From Nageia nagi (Eukaryota > Plantae > Pinophyta): a DNA stretch of 64,000 bases. The stretch is from the NCBI GenBank assembly GCA_050084985.1, contig JBITNC010000001.1, positions 197,036,001 through 197,100,000 of the forward strand, written 5' to 3'. Each line of letters opens with the position of its first letter. Positions within the stretch are counted from its first letter, which is position 1. The notes beneath the pieces were generated by a model that saw only the letters and a list, made by a program, of their open reading frames with translations, did not search any database and was not told the origin of the DNA. Shown here in pieces: positions 12,256-24,890 of this stretch. Made by a program: the position numbers and the translations under genes.

Positions 12256-15200
12256 CTAAATGTAAAATGGACAAATATGGAGGATATTGATAGGCTCCAT
12301 CTCCTCTTGACCCTCTAGATCTTCCAAATTGTAAGCACTTGTGCTAAATTTATTCTTGACTATATGAGGCCCCAACTAATTTGGTGCAAACATATCTCAT
12401 AAATACCTCTCAAGATATGACTGTTGTTGATTTTCCTTAAGTACTAAGTCACCAATTTCAAACTATTTGGGTTGAACCTTTTTGTTGTATATTCATTTCA
12501 ACCACTCCTGATAAATCTTATAATGTTGTATGGAATCAACTTGCCTTTAATCAAGGATAGTTAGCTGATCTAACTGAGCCTACTTGGCATCCTCATCTAG
12601 AATGAGGCCTTGTAACTAAACTCTAAGAGATGGGATTTATACCTCAATAGGAATGATTGCTTCAACACCATAGACTAATGAGAAAGGGGTAGCTCTCATG
12701 GTCATCTTATTTCTAGTACAATAGGCCCACAAAGCATAACAAATATATTCATACTAATTTCTATGGTTGTTGTTGATCATATTTTTCGTAATTATGATAA
12801 TAGTTTTGTTATATGCTTCTTCTTGCTAGTTACCTTGGGGATAGTATGACATAAGAAGAAGAATGTTGAATATTTTAACCATTGCACAATGACCTAACAT
12901 ATTGATTCTTGAAAGGTATCCCATTATTTGATATGGTTTTATGTGGGATACCAAAGTGAAAAATGATATGGATATCAATAAAGTTGGTAATCTTGAAACT
13001 AATAGTAGACACAAGTGCCTCCACTTCAACCCACTTGGTAAAGTACTCAGTAGCAATGATTATGAGCTTATGTTTTCCTAAAGAGGGAGGTACAAACTAA
13101 CTTATGAGATCAAAACCCCACTATGTGAAACACCATAAAGATTGATTGGGGTTAAGTACCTAAGCAAGAAGATGTTGCATATTAGAATGTTGTTAACACT
13201 TAATGCATTTTTTAACATATTCTCGACAATCCTTTTCCATAGTTGATCAATAATATCCCATCCTAAGAATGTGTTTAGAAATGGCCATTCCATTGAAATG
13301 TCCATTATAAATACTATCATGATAAGTTTTTATAGCAATCTTTTGATCACAAAGCTCCAAACATCGAATGAGGATACCATCATATAATTGCTTATAGACC
13401 ATATTCCCTAGTATGGCATAATGTGAAGCCTTTTGCTTGAATGTTGTTTTCTCATTGGCTAACAGGTTGGGAGGTGTGGCATTCCTCTTAAGATATTCAT
13501 ACAACTACTTATACCACAAGTCACAATGGTCAGCAACGATCTCATTGATCAATACTGAAGATAAACCTAGAGATAAAGGTGACTTAAGTGTAGACTCCTT
13601 CATATTCATGATCTTGACATGCTAAATATGCCTATGTAGGTTAGGATGAATAAAATATATTAGGGTTTCCATAGTATCTACAAACTGATTAGATGACCTA
13701 GGAGTTATCTCAATCTTGTAGGCCTTAAATAACTTTAGCAATTTCAATGCCAAATCTTTGTAAGTCTTTAAAAGCTCATTATGACATTAATAAGTGCCCA
13801 TGATCTAATTAACTATTAATTGATAATCACCATAGATAAGAAAATTTACAAATTTTAGCTCTAGGATTGCTTTAAGATTCAAAATGAGTGCCTTATACTC
13901 TACATTGTTATTCATGCACAAAAAATCAATCTTGAAGGAATATGGGATGGGAAAGACTAGGGGATAAAGAAGATAACTCTAGCCCCTTCCCCTTGTTCAT
14001 ATTTAAACCCATTGAAGTACATAGTCATATCATAATCTTCCTTAGTATCCACTACCTCCTCAATCTTGTCAACCTTAAAAAAATCCTTATTAGGGAGGGT
14101 GATCTTAAGAGGGGTACTTTCTTGGATTGATGCCTCTATCATTTGATCGACTATGACATGACCCTTAATGGAATTTTGACTAATAAATATGAGGTCAAAC
14201 TCAGATAAGAACATGATCCATTTAGTATTTTATGTATTATGATTTGCCTTTCTCATCATATATTTTAATGGATCAACCCTAGAAATAACATAGGTTGTAT
14301 GATCCAACATGTAATTTCTAACTTATTAGCAATAAATATAAGGGCAAGACAAACCTTCTCAATGTAAACATACCTAAGCTCATAGTTGATAAGTGTAAGG
14401 CTAAGATAATATATATTTTGTTTGTTGGCCTGATCATTTTTCTATGCAAGCATGAATCCTAGGGAAAAATCAATGGTCGAAAGATATAAGTGAAAGGGAA
14501 CACCCTATCTAGGTGGAATGAGAACAAAAGGATTGAGAAAGTATTGCTTAATGTCATCAAATGCCTTTTAATAACCCTCATTATAACTAAATTTCATCCC
14601 CTTCTTAAGGAGCTCATTAAATTAAAGACACTTATCAGATAGCTGAGCTATAAATCGTATGATAACATAAATTTTTCCTTGAAGAAACCTTAAAGTCTTG
14701 ATTTCATAAGGTGGAGGCATACTAGTGATAGCAATGAATTTCTTAGGGTAAACTTCTATGCCTCTTTTTGAAATAATGAATCCTAGCAATTTTTTTGATG
14801 TGATGCTAAACAGACACTTCCTAGGATTCAATCTAACATTATGCTTAAGTAACCTTTGGAAGACCTTCTCTAAAACTTCCCAGTGTTGATATCTAGTTCT
14901 AAATTTGGCTAATAAGTCATACATGTAGTTCTTCATGATATCATGCATTATGTCATGGAATACATAGGTCATGGCTCTCTAATGGGTTGCACCAACATTC
15001 TTGAGTCTGAAAGGCATGACCTTATAATACTAAGTCCCTAGGGTGTCTTGAAAGCAGTATTATGTTGATAATCTAGGGTGACCCAAATCTTATTTTGGCT
15101 TGAAAATACATACATGAGGGACAACATCTCATAACCTATCATATTATCAATAAGTATGTCTATGTTAGGTAGTGGAAATTCATCTTTTAGATAGGTTGCA

Positions 15201-15722
15201 TTAAGATCTTTGAAATCTGTACAAACTCTAAGGTGACCCTCAAGCTTACTAAAAGGGACCATGTTAGAAACCCATTAGGGATAATCAATAGAATGGATGA
15301 ACTTGGTGTCTGACAATTTTTGAATCTCCTCATTAATCTAAATTGATTTTGTAGGATCAACCCTCCTAGGTTTTTGCTTGATAGGCTTCACATCTAGCCG
15401 AGTAACAATATTATAGACTAAAACATTGGGATCCATACTCAACATGTCCTTATAACTATAAGCAAATACCTTGACATATTTATTCAATAATTTAGTGCCC
15501 TTGTCTCTTTATAATGTTTCTAATATGTCCCCCAAGTATACTATCTTAGGGTTCGTAGGATCATCATTTATCTTGATCTCATTTGACTTTTTGATGTGCA
15601 TGTGGAACCCATCTTCTAACTACTTGAATATGGGAAGATATGCATAATCATCTTCATCCATACTATTGATGAAGGAAGCCAAGTTAGATGAGTCAACTTC
15701 ATCAAAGCAATCAAAAGAAAAG
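12256..15722 (-). pseudogene. Element A pol: RT, RNase H, archaeal-type RNase H (aRH), integrase (degenerate)
   Basis: ORF fragments LRVCTDFKDLNATYLKDEFPLPNIDILID (RT), MKNYMYDLLAK (YxDD site, decayed), FLSEFDLIFISQNSIKGH...MTMYFNGFKYEQGEGARVIF (RH tether + aRH), HDSIYNGHFNG (INT zinc finger), FAPN*LGPHIV...EPINILHICPFYI* (INT GPY/F end). Confidence 0.92.
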
Positions 15723-16180
15723 TGTTAGAATTTGTAATATAATATTGAGTAATATTTCTCCTTAATGTAATTTCACTTAATACTTAAAGTATTATTAGAT
15801 ACCTTAAAGCATTAAGGGAATAAAAATAGGTATGAGATTAAAAATAGGTAAAGAATTAAAAATAGAAAAGGGATTAATTATAGAGTGGGTTTATTCTTAT
15901 AAAAAAGAAGAACCCTCCCCTTCTCTAGTTACATAATTGTAATGCAATCTTTGCTATAGGTTTAGAGTGTGTGTGTGAGAGAAGAGATTTTGTAAGAGAG
16001 GTCCTTGAGAATAAGAAGATATTAGTTAGTGAATGTACTCCCAAGAAGGGAGAAACCACTTAATATTTTATGTTATTTGTGTGATTGACTTTAGTTATTA
16101 TGTAACTATGTTGATGTTGAAAGTGCCTTCTTGAAATCTTGAGAGATTAGAAGTTAATTAAGAAAGGGTTAATTTCTTCA
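15723..16180 (+). repeat. 5' LTR of Copia B
   Basis: Starts TGTTAGAATTTGTAAT, ends TTCTTCA before the PBS. First ~84 bp match 30655-30738. Confidence 0.88.
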
Positions 16181-16182
16181 AG

Positions 16183-16194
16183 TGGTATTAGAGC
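16183..16194 (+). other. Primer-binding site (tRNA-iMet) of B
   Basis: TGGTATTAGAGC versus canonical TGGTATCAGAGC. Confidence 0.88.
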
Positions 16195-16674
16195 AATTCT
16201 TGGAGGTTCCTCTTCAACATCCTTGAAAGTCCATTCCTTTTCTTTCTCCATCTACTTTGGTGAGGTACAAAAGGCTTGAAGGTATAATCTTTCTCCTACC
16301 TTATTCATTATCAAAGTTTGCTTTATTACTAACCAATTTGTGGTTATTTTATTATAAAATTTTATTTAGCAAAATTTGTTCAAAGCAGATATTATTACCA
16401 TATTTTTTGTTATACTAACATGTTAGTTCTATTTTCTAAACTATTGCTATGCATTACTTTTACTAACAATAGTTTGTTAGTTGCAATTTTTTAAGTAAAA
16501 TTAGTTAATATGTAGCAAGTAGATTTACTTAAATTTAGCAATAATAAATTATTATAGCTTAAATTTGCAAGTTTCTATTTAATGTAGAGATAGTTAAAAG
16601 TTTTGCAATTTTTTTTAATATAATGTTATTATTTTTTTTTATTACAATACTAATATATTTGAAAAAATAAAAGT

Positions 16675-16870
16675 GCATGCAAATTACATGTATGCATTTT
16701 TTAAAAATAGAAAAATACATGCATGTATTTTTTAGAGAGCTTTATATTACATGCATACATTTTTTGAAAATAGAAAAATACATGCATGAATTTTTTAAAA
16801 ATAGAAATTACATGCATGCATTTTTTAGAGAGCAAAATAAAAAATATATGAATGCATTTTTTAGAGAACC
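16675..16870. repeat. ~30-bp ATGCAT-rich tandem repeat (~6 copies) in the leader of B
   Basis: Repeated tacatgcatgcattttttaaaaatagaaa / ...ttttagagagc units. Confidence 0.75.
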
Positions 16871-17369
16871 TTTTTATATATATATATATATTGTTCATTT
16901 CATTAAAAAATAGTATGAGCTAAAAGTTGCATTAATTAATATTTAAAGTTTGAGTCTTAATTAGCTAATTTTACCATAAGCACAAGTTATTTTAAGGAAT
17001 TTTTTAAATTAGCATGTCTTTATGTGGAAAATTAACTATGCATAGATTAATATTAATAATGCATGAATTACTTATGTATGCATGAATTAATGTTGTCTTA
17101 ATGCATATTTATTGCACACGTATGGTTGGATAAAAATTTTAAATGCATGCTTTAATTTTTTGTCCTAGTGCATGGTTTTTTTGCTAAGTGGATAATTTTT
17201 TTAAATGCATGATTTAATATTTTGTCCTAATGCATGTGAATGGATAAAGTTTTCTTAAATATTTTTGTCTTATTTTTTGATGATAAATTACAAATAAAGA
17301 ATTATTTTAAGCCTATTTTTTAAGTAATAAGGGGGAGAATTCATCATTTTTTGATAATGAAGCTTTATA

Positions 17370-18070
17370 AAGAGTTCTATCAAGGGTTGTGACAAAACCC
17401 ATTAAACTCTTATGTTCATTTGTTGTTACTTAAAATTAATAAAATTATGTAAAGAGATCCATTAGGGTTGTAACAAAACCCATTAGAATCTTTGGTTCAT
17501 ACTTATGGATGATGTGGGATGTAGTTTTATTTTATAAAATAATTTATTTATTTTGTACTTTTACTTTATATGCAAAGTATGCAAATATTGAAAATTGCTT
17601 TCTCTTAAAATGAACACATTCGTACATTTTTTTCTATAACATGACTTGTTTAGAGAGATATAAGGTAAGAATAAGGTGAATTGGAGATTTTTAATATGAT
17701 GATCCAAATGGTGAAAAATCCATACTTCTTAATTGCTCTTAAGTCCTCTGTTGGTTTGGATTTAACTCCATATAAGTGGACAAACATGTGTGTAGTGATA
17801 CCACATGTTCATCCATCTATTTAGAGATTATCCTGATAGCCTAGGAGGAAAACTAAAAATTTAATCAAGAAAATTAATTTGATTGATCCAACATATATCA
17901 CAACCTTGAAAAATAGCTAGTATTTCTTTTTGAAAGGATATCGCTACCAAAGGGGAACTAGTTGAGGATTGGTAGGACCTAGGCTCCTTACGAGCATTCG
18001 GATGAAAGCCTAATTTTAGATAAGAAAAAACCTCAAATTTTCTCTCTCTTTGGTTATAGTCGGTGACAAA
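17370..18070 (+). promoter_or_regulatory. Conserved structured leader block of Copia B (candidate packaging/dimerisation signal)
   Basis: Clearly homologous to 27250-27845 (-) in C and 57940-58490 in E while the rest of the leaders diverge. Contains hairpins. Function inferred. Confidence 0.55.
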
Positions 18071-18211
18071 GATGTTGGATGTATGATTTTAATTCTTATT
18101 TACAATTAAGAATTTGATTTGTTGATTATTTCAAATATGTATTTATATAATTAATATTTTTAAATTCAACAAGTATGCTTACATTATTTATCTTCATATT
18201 ATTTTGTAGCA

Positions 18212-21200
18212 ATAGGAGACTTCTTTTGCACTTAAGAATATCTTGTATGGTTCCAAATATGGTATTTGGGAACCTAAGATGAAGATAGAACTTCAAGCAT
18301 GGTAACTTTGGATGATTATCGATAAAAAACAAGTTACTCTATCAAGGAAAAAGAAACTTGAAACTTATATTATTAAGAATAATTTGGCAACTTCTATGAT
18401 CTTTTGTGCAATTTCAGATGAGATCCTCCTCATGATATCTTTTTCAAACATTGTAAAGGAAGTTTGAAATAAACTAAAGAGTATCTACCTTGGTATAAAA
18501 TTTTTTAGAAGGTTCACCATTCTTTAGAAGTTGCTTTAATAATATCAAGAGAAAAATGAAAGTGTGGCTATATATCTTAATAAGGTTGTTGACCTTAAGA
18601 CCCAACTTGTGGGATATGGTTGCAATTAGATCAATGATGATTTTTTGACTTTTATCATCCTTCAAAGCTTCTCTACTAAATTTAATCAATTTGTGATTGT
18701 TATTAAAACTAAGCTTGATGATGATAAAAAAGTGTTCTCCTTGAAAAATCTATAAAGGTTTCTCTTAAAGCATGAGGAAATAATTAACAATAAAGTATTG
18801 ATCACCAATTCTAAGGAGCCATTTGTGGCACTTGGTATAATAAAAACTCACTTCAAAAAGAAGAACCATAACCCAAAGAAGGGTTCTAATGCTCCTAAGA
18901 AGAACTTCAAAAAATATGGGAACAAGAAGAATTTTAATTATGATAATTCAAAGAAAACCAAAGCCAAATTTGATAGAAATTGTAATTTCTATGGCATCTA
19001 TGGTCATATGGAAGCTAATTGGTTCAGAAAAAAGAAAAGGCAAGGTGAAAAAGGATTTATAAAACCAAACAAATCTAATAATAAGAGGAACAAAAATTCT
19101 ACATATGTTACTACCTTTTACTCCAAGTATCACACTTTATCAAATCATTGGATTATTGATTTTGAATGTGCTAATCATATGTATTTTGAAAAGGATAAGT
19201 TTGAAAACTTTTATAAGTATAACAAAGATGCAATTGTGATAGGTGATAGTTCATTCTTTGAAGTTTAAGGTATTAGGAGTGTGTTGATACAAGAAAAAAT
19301 TCTTGATAATATGCTTTATGTACTTAAACTCATTAGGATCTCCTTTTCACAATTTAAGTTACAAAGAGGAGTTACTCCTTTGAGTTTAACTCGCACTCTT
19401 GGTGCATGAAAAAAGGTATTACCACTTTAGTGAAAGGTTTAGTGAAAAATGACTTTTACATTGTCGATCAACCTCTAACAAAGATGTGACTTGCAACTAA
19501 TATTTTTTCTAGAGGTAATCTTTAGCACCATTGATTAGGCCACCTAAACTATAAGAACATTCAAGTCATAAAATATCATGAACTTATGGAAGGTTTTCCT
19601 ACAATGTCATCTAAAATTGGTCTTTGTGAGAAGTGCATTCTAGGTAAAATGAATCAAAAAAAGTTTCTAAAAGATAAGGTAATTGTAGCAACTCAAACTC
19701 TTCAGCTTGTGCATATATATTTGATAGAACCATTTACAACTAATTTTATTAGGGAAGAATCTTATATCTTGATATTTATTGATGAATTTAGTAGGATGAA
19801 ATTTGGTTATCTTATAAACCATAAGGATCAAACCTTTGATAAGTTAAAATATTTCAAAGCTTTGATATAAAATTAGTCTAAATTCAAAATCAAGATGTTA
19901 AGATATGATAATGGAGATGAGTATAATGTAATTAATTCAATGATTTTTATACCAAGTATGAAATTAAGAGGTAGTTTACTATCCCTTACACTCGTCATAA
20001 AAATGGTGTAACGAAAATGAAGAATAGAACCATTCAAGAAATGATAAGATGTATGTTGGGAGATCAACCTAGCTTCTTATGGAATGAAGCTATAAATACT
20101 ATAATCTAAATCTTAAATAGGTGCCCTATAAAAGTAATTGAATGTAAAACTATGTATGATGCATGGATAGGAAACAAACCTAACATCTCTCACTTTAGGA
20201 TCTTTGGTTGTGATGCTTATGCCTTTGTTATTCCTAAGAAAAGGAAGAAGCTAGATAAAAGATATGAAAAGTATATCTTTATGGCTATAAAAATCAACAT
20301 AGAGGTTACAACCTATACCAACCTTCCTTAAGAGCAATCTCTATGTCAAAGGATGTAAATTTCAATGAACTAACTAAAGAATTTTATTATGAGAACCTTG
20401 ATGAGGGTGATGATTCTTCTATTACACCTAACCAGTTGGATGTTAATGTGGATTTGTAACCTAAAGAATAAAACTCTATAACAAAAAGGATAAAAATAAG
20501 TATGACCATTAATAAATCTTTATTTATTAAAATTACTAGCAAGAATGAGCCTTCATACTAAAAAAAAGCTTCAAACCATGAGTGCTAGGTGAATGCAATG
20601 AATGTGAAGTATGAGGTTCAAATGCAGAATCAAACTTGAGATATGGTTCCTTATCCAAATGAATGAAATGTGATTGGTAACAAATGAATTTACAAGGTCA
20701 AATATAATTCAATTGGAGATATTGATAAATACAAATCAAGGTTAGTAGCTAAGGGTTTCACTCAAAAATATGGAGTAGATTATGAGAAAACCTTTGCTCC
20801 AATGGCAAAGATACTTACTATCAAGGTAATTCTTGCCCTTTTAGTAGCTTAAAAATAAAAAGTTTTACAACTTGATGTCAAGAGTGCTTTTCTAAATGGT
20901 GACTTAGATATAAAAATATACATGAACCAACCAAAAGGGTCTATTGTTGAAAGAAAATAACAAAGCACCTAAGGATTGGTACAAAAATATTTCAAGATAC
21001 TTTAAGGATATTGGATTTTCTAAACATTTTTTTGATATATATCTTTATGTGCTCAACCAAGGAAAAGAATTAATCTTTATTCTTCTCTATGTGGATGATA
21101 TATTTATTATATAGAATAATATGGTCCTTATACAAGATTTTATATCCAAACTTAAGGCAACTTTTGAAATGATTGATCTTGGTCTATTGCACTACTACCT

Positions 21201-22045
21201 TGGTATGTAAGTGTACCAATATAAAGATTGTACTTATCTCAATCAATCCAAGTATATCTCAAATATCTTGCAAAAGTTTGGAATATAGGAATTCAAGCAT
21301 GCTACAATCCTATTCTCTCATGGAATCATTTTTTCTCTTAATTCTAACTCTTAGTTGACAAATGCTATGGCTTATAAGAAACTAATTGGTAGTCTTGTTT
21401 ATTTTACTATCTCCAAGCTAGATATTGTTTTGATATGAATTTGATGGCTCACTTTATGCAAAAGCCATATGTTGAGCATTTTAATGTTATTAAAAAAATT
21501 TTGAGGTATGTTGCTGGCATTAAAGATCTTGCTCTCAAGTATGATAAGTTGCCCTTATTTGTTCTCTCAATATTCTCATATTCTAACTATGGGGGAGATA
21601 GAGATTAAAAAAATAAACCTTTCTTATGCATTTAGAATTAGTTCAGGTGCTATCTCTTGGGTATCTAAAAATAAGCCTACTACTACTCTCTCCACCACTA
21701 AGGTTGAATATCATGTAATGTCAATTACATCCTAGGAAGCCATTTAGTTAAGGCATATTCTAAAATAAATAAAGTATGAGCAAGTTCATCCATATCAATT
21801 TTTTTTTAAATAATCAATCAACTATTGCTTTTGAAAAGAATCATATTTTTTATCAAAGAATAAAGCATGTATAAATCCAAGCCCACTTCATTAGAGAGAA
21901 GGTTCTAGATGGTTTTCTACACTTGCAGTATTTTCCATCAATCTTAAACTTTGTTGATTTATTCACCAAACCCCTTCCTCAAGCTCAATTTTATGAGCTT
22001 AAGGAGTTTATTAGGTTGGTGATGTTATCCTCAAAAAGGGAGTAG
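18212..22045 (+). pseudogene. Copia B gag-pol (gag, CCHC, PR, INT, RT, RNase H), degenerate
   Basis: CNFYGIYGHMEANW knuckle, WIIDFECANHM protease, CEKCILGKMNQ / LIFIDEF integrase, LYVDDI RT, SGAISWVSKNKPTTTLSTTKVEY RNase H. Start codon decayed (ATA GGA GAC versus ATG GGA GAC in E). Confidence 0.92.
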
Positions 22046-22139
22046 ATGCTGAATTCTTATTGAATCCATTGTAATTTCTTCTTTCTTAATAATTTTTTTG
22101 ATTTGTATACTTTATTTATACATTTCTCTATTTGAAAAT

Positions 22140-22350
22140 TATAAGTATGGGTTTAGCATCTTAGTGATGACTTATAGTGTATCACAAATACAAGCATATT
22201 ATATCAAAGAGAATGTTCTTGATGCAACAACTATAGCTTTGTTCATCTGATTTTGTCTCTTATGATTTATTCACTAGCCACTTTTGAAACTTTGTTGTGC
22301 ACACTACAAATGTTTCTTATGGTAGTGAAGTTATCCTCAAGAGGGAGTGA
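22140..22350 (+). repeat. Duplicated copy of the pol (RNase H) tail plus hairpin unit in the 3' UTR of B
   Basis: atacaagcatattatatcaaagagaatgttcttgatg...tgatttattcact...gaagttatcctcaagagggagtg repeats 21875-22045. The same duplication is in C at 24100-24245. Confidence 0.7.
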
Positions 22351-22871
22351 AGTCTAAATTTTTGTATTGAATTCATATCTATGATGATAAATTCATCCCT
22401 AGGAGGCTATTTTTGTTGTATAGTGTTGATCTAGATGTACATCTTCATGGTTAGTTTGCTCTATGTGAGGATCTCATGGTACATTTTATTTTTGTTATAA
22501 CTATGTGAAGAATCAGTATGTATTTATTAGCACTATTTGGTTATCCATATGTGAGTAACTTATATATGTATATATACTTTTTTTTTATCAATATATATTT
22601 TTAATATATAGCATATGACTATAAGTATTGGCTTGGCATCTTTGTGATGACTTATAGTGCATCATTGATCAATTTATAGATGGCATTACTTAGTTCATTT
22701 ATCTTATGATAGATATGAATGTTATATAATATATCTAACTGATCTTGTTTATGAGCTAATTTTAACTTGTAGGTTTCATCTTGAAAATGTAGATTACTTA
22801 CTTCATATGGGTAGGTTCATGGATGCTCACATGTTAACTCAATGTTGATTGACTACACTTATAATGAAACT

Positions 22872-23320
22872 TGATAAATCTAATCCTATAAGAGTAAATC
22901 CTAAAATACCAAAATCTATTGAATAACTACAATATCAACACAATATCATGAATCATAAACAAATCTCACATAGAATAAGAGACATAATATAAAGTGGTTC
23001 CTCCCTCCTTGGGAGTACATCCACTAACTAACATCTCATTACTTTAGATAGACTCTCTTACAATCTACAATCCTACTACTTTTACAACTATTATTTGAGC
23101 ATAACATTGCTCTTAAAACTTGTGTATATTACAAGAGGGAAAGCCCTCTATTTATAAAACAAAATCTTCACCTTAACCTCCTTTTTACTCCAAGGTAAGG
23201 TTAAGGTTTCACAATATAATATTTATTAAACACTTAAAGGTATCTAGTGATACTTTAAGTGTTTAATTGGTTACATAGAGGCAAACATTAATTTTCTAAA
23301 TTACATTATAAATTTTAACA
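22872..23320 (-). repeat. 3' LTR of element C
   Basis: Collinear with 30010-30455. Preceded on the minus strand by the PPT-like TAATAGGGAG (23321-23330). Confidence 0.92.
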
Positions 23321-24233
23321 CTCCCTATTAATGTAATATTAGAATAAAATGTAGAAGAAGAAGAAAGGGAGAGTTCTTCTCCAAAGAGATACAAATGGAG
23401 ATGAGAACATTTACATCTTTGAGTTCATTTGAGATCTTAGTTTGAGACTCACTAATTTACCATTTGACAAGATGGTTTACAATGCAATTATTAATCACAA
23501 TTGGTTTCATTGTATAGAGTAGTTGACCAACAAGTTATCATATGAATCTCTATGAGTCTACCAACCTGAAGTAACCTGCATTATCAAGAAACCCGCAAGC
23601 TACAAGCAACTCATAAATAAGATCAATTAGATGCATCATATAAATATTATCAATAAAGTATAAATAAATTAAGTAATTCCATCCATTAATTGATTAGTGG
23701 TGCATTATAATTCATCACAGAGGTGCCAAGCTAACACTTATAGTCACCTATTGTATATAAAAACATATGTTGATCAATAGAGCATAAGCACATATGAGTT
23801 CCTCATATAGTGATAACTAAAATAATGCATATGGTTTCTCACATATGGATAATAAAATAGTGCCAAAATGCACATACTAATTCTTCACATAGTAATGCTA
23901 GTAGAAACCAATTTGTACCATGAGTTCCTCAACCAGAGTGAATTGATCATGAAGGTGTACATAATATGCTCAACATTGTTTCTCACATGGAGTGACCTAA
24001 CCACAAAGGTGTACATAAATATCAATATTATACAATAACAAATCCTCTTAAAGATGAAGTTATCATCACCATATGAATTCAACTTAAGAATTCAAAATTC
24101 ACTCCCCCTTAAAGATAACTTCACTAACCATAAGAAATTTTTAAAGTGGTCTAATTAATAAATCAAGAGAGATAAAGTTAGATGAACAAAGCTACATTTG
24201 TTTTATCAAGAACTTTCTCTTTGAAATAATGTG

Positions 24234-24710
24234 TTTGGATTTGGGTTGCACTATAAGTCATCATAAATATTTCAAGCCAATACTTATAGTCAACCAATAA
24301 AAATTCAAAAAATATACTTAGAGTTAGGTTGCACTATAAGTCATTACAAAGATGCTAAACTAATACTTATAGTCAACCATACAAGAATTCAACAAGAATT
24401 TAAATAATATATTTGGATTTGGGTTACATTATAAATCATCACAAAGATGCCAAGCCAATACTTATAGTCAAATATATAAGAATTTAATAAAAAATTTAAA
24501 AAATATACTTGGATTTGGGTTGCACTATAAGTCATCACAAAGATGTCAAACCAATATTTATAGTCAACCATACAAGAATTTAATAAAAATTAAAATAATA
24601 TGATTGGATTTGGGTTGCACTATAAGTCATCACAAAGATGCCAAGCCAATACTTATAATCCACCATACAAGAATTCAAAAAATATGCTTAGATTCATGAT
24701 GCACTATAAA
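24234..24710. repeat. Tandem array of ~83-95-bp hairpin-containing units (5 full + partial) in the 3' UTR of C
   Basis: Unit core TTGGATTTGGGTTGCACTATAAGTCATCACAAAGATGCCAAGCCAATACTTATAGTCAACCATA. ACTATAAGT and ACTTATAGT are reverse complements. Confidence 0.9.
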
Positions 24711-24890
24711 TAGTGACATATTATATGAGCAATGTATATTCAAAAAATAAAGAGCTTATTCATACATCTTTATTTAAAAAGTAAGTAGTTATATTATAAA
24801 ATATGCTTGGGTTTTGAATATGAGTCATCAACAATGCTCTCATACATATTACAATAGTGAATGAAGAATTCAATAAGAATTCAACCAATA

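Noticed and set aside
17825-17860. Hammerhead ribozyme candidate (CCTGATAGCC...GAAAAC)
   Set aside because: The core is not CUGANGA, the GAAA spacing is not conserved in C or E, and I could not build the three stems.
24234-24710. CRISPR-like appearance of the repeat array
   Set aside because: Inter-repeat sequences are themselves homologous rather than unique spacers, there are no cas genes, and the context is a eukaryotic retrotransposon.
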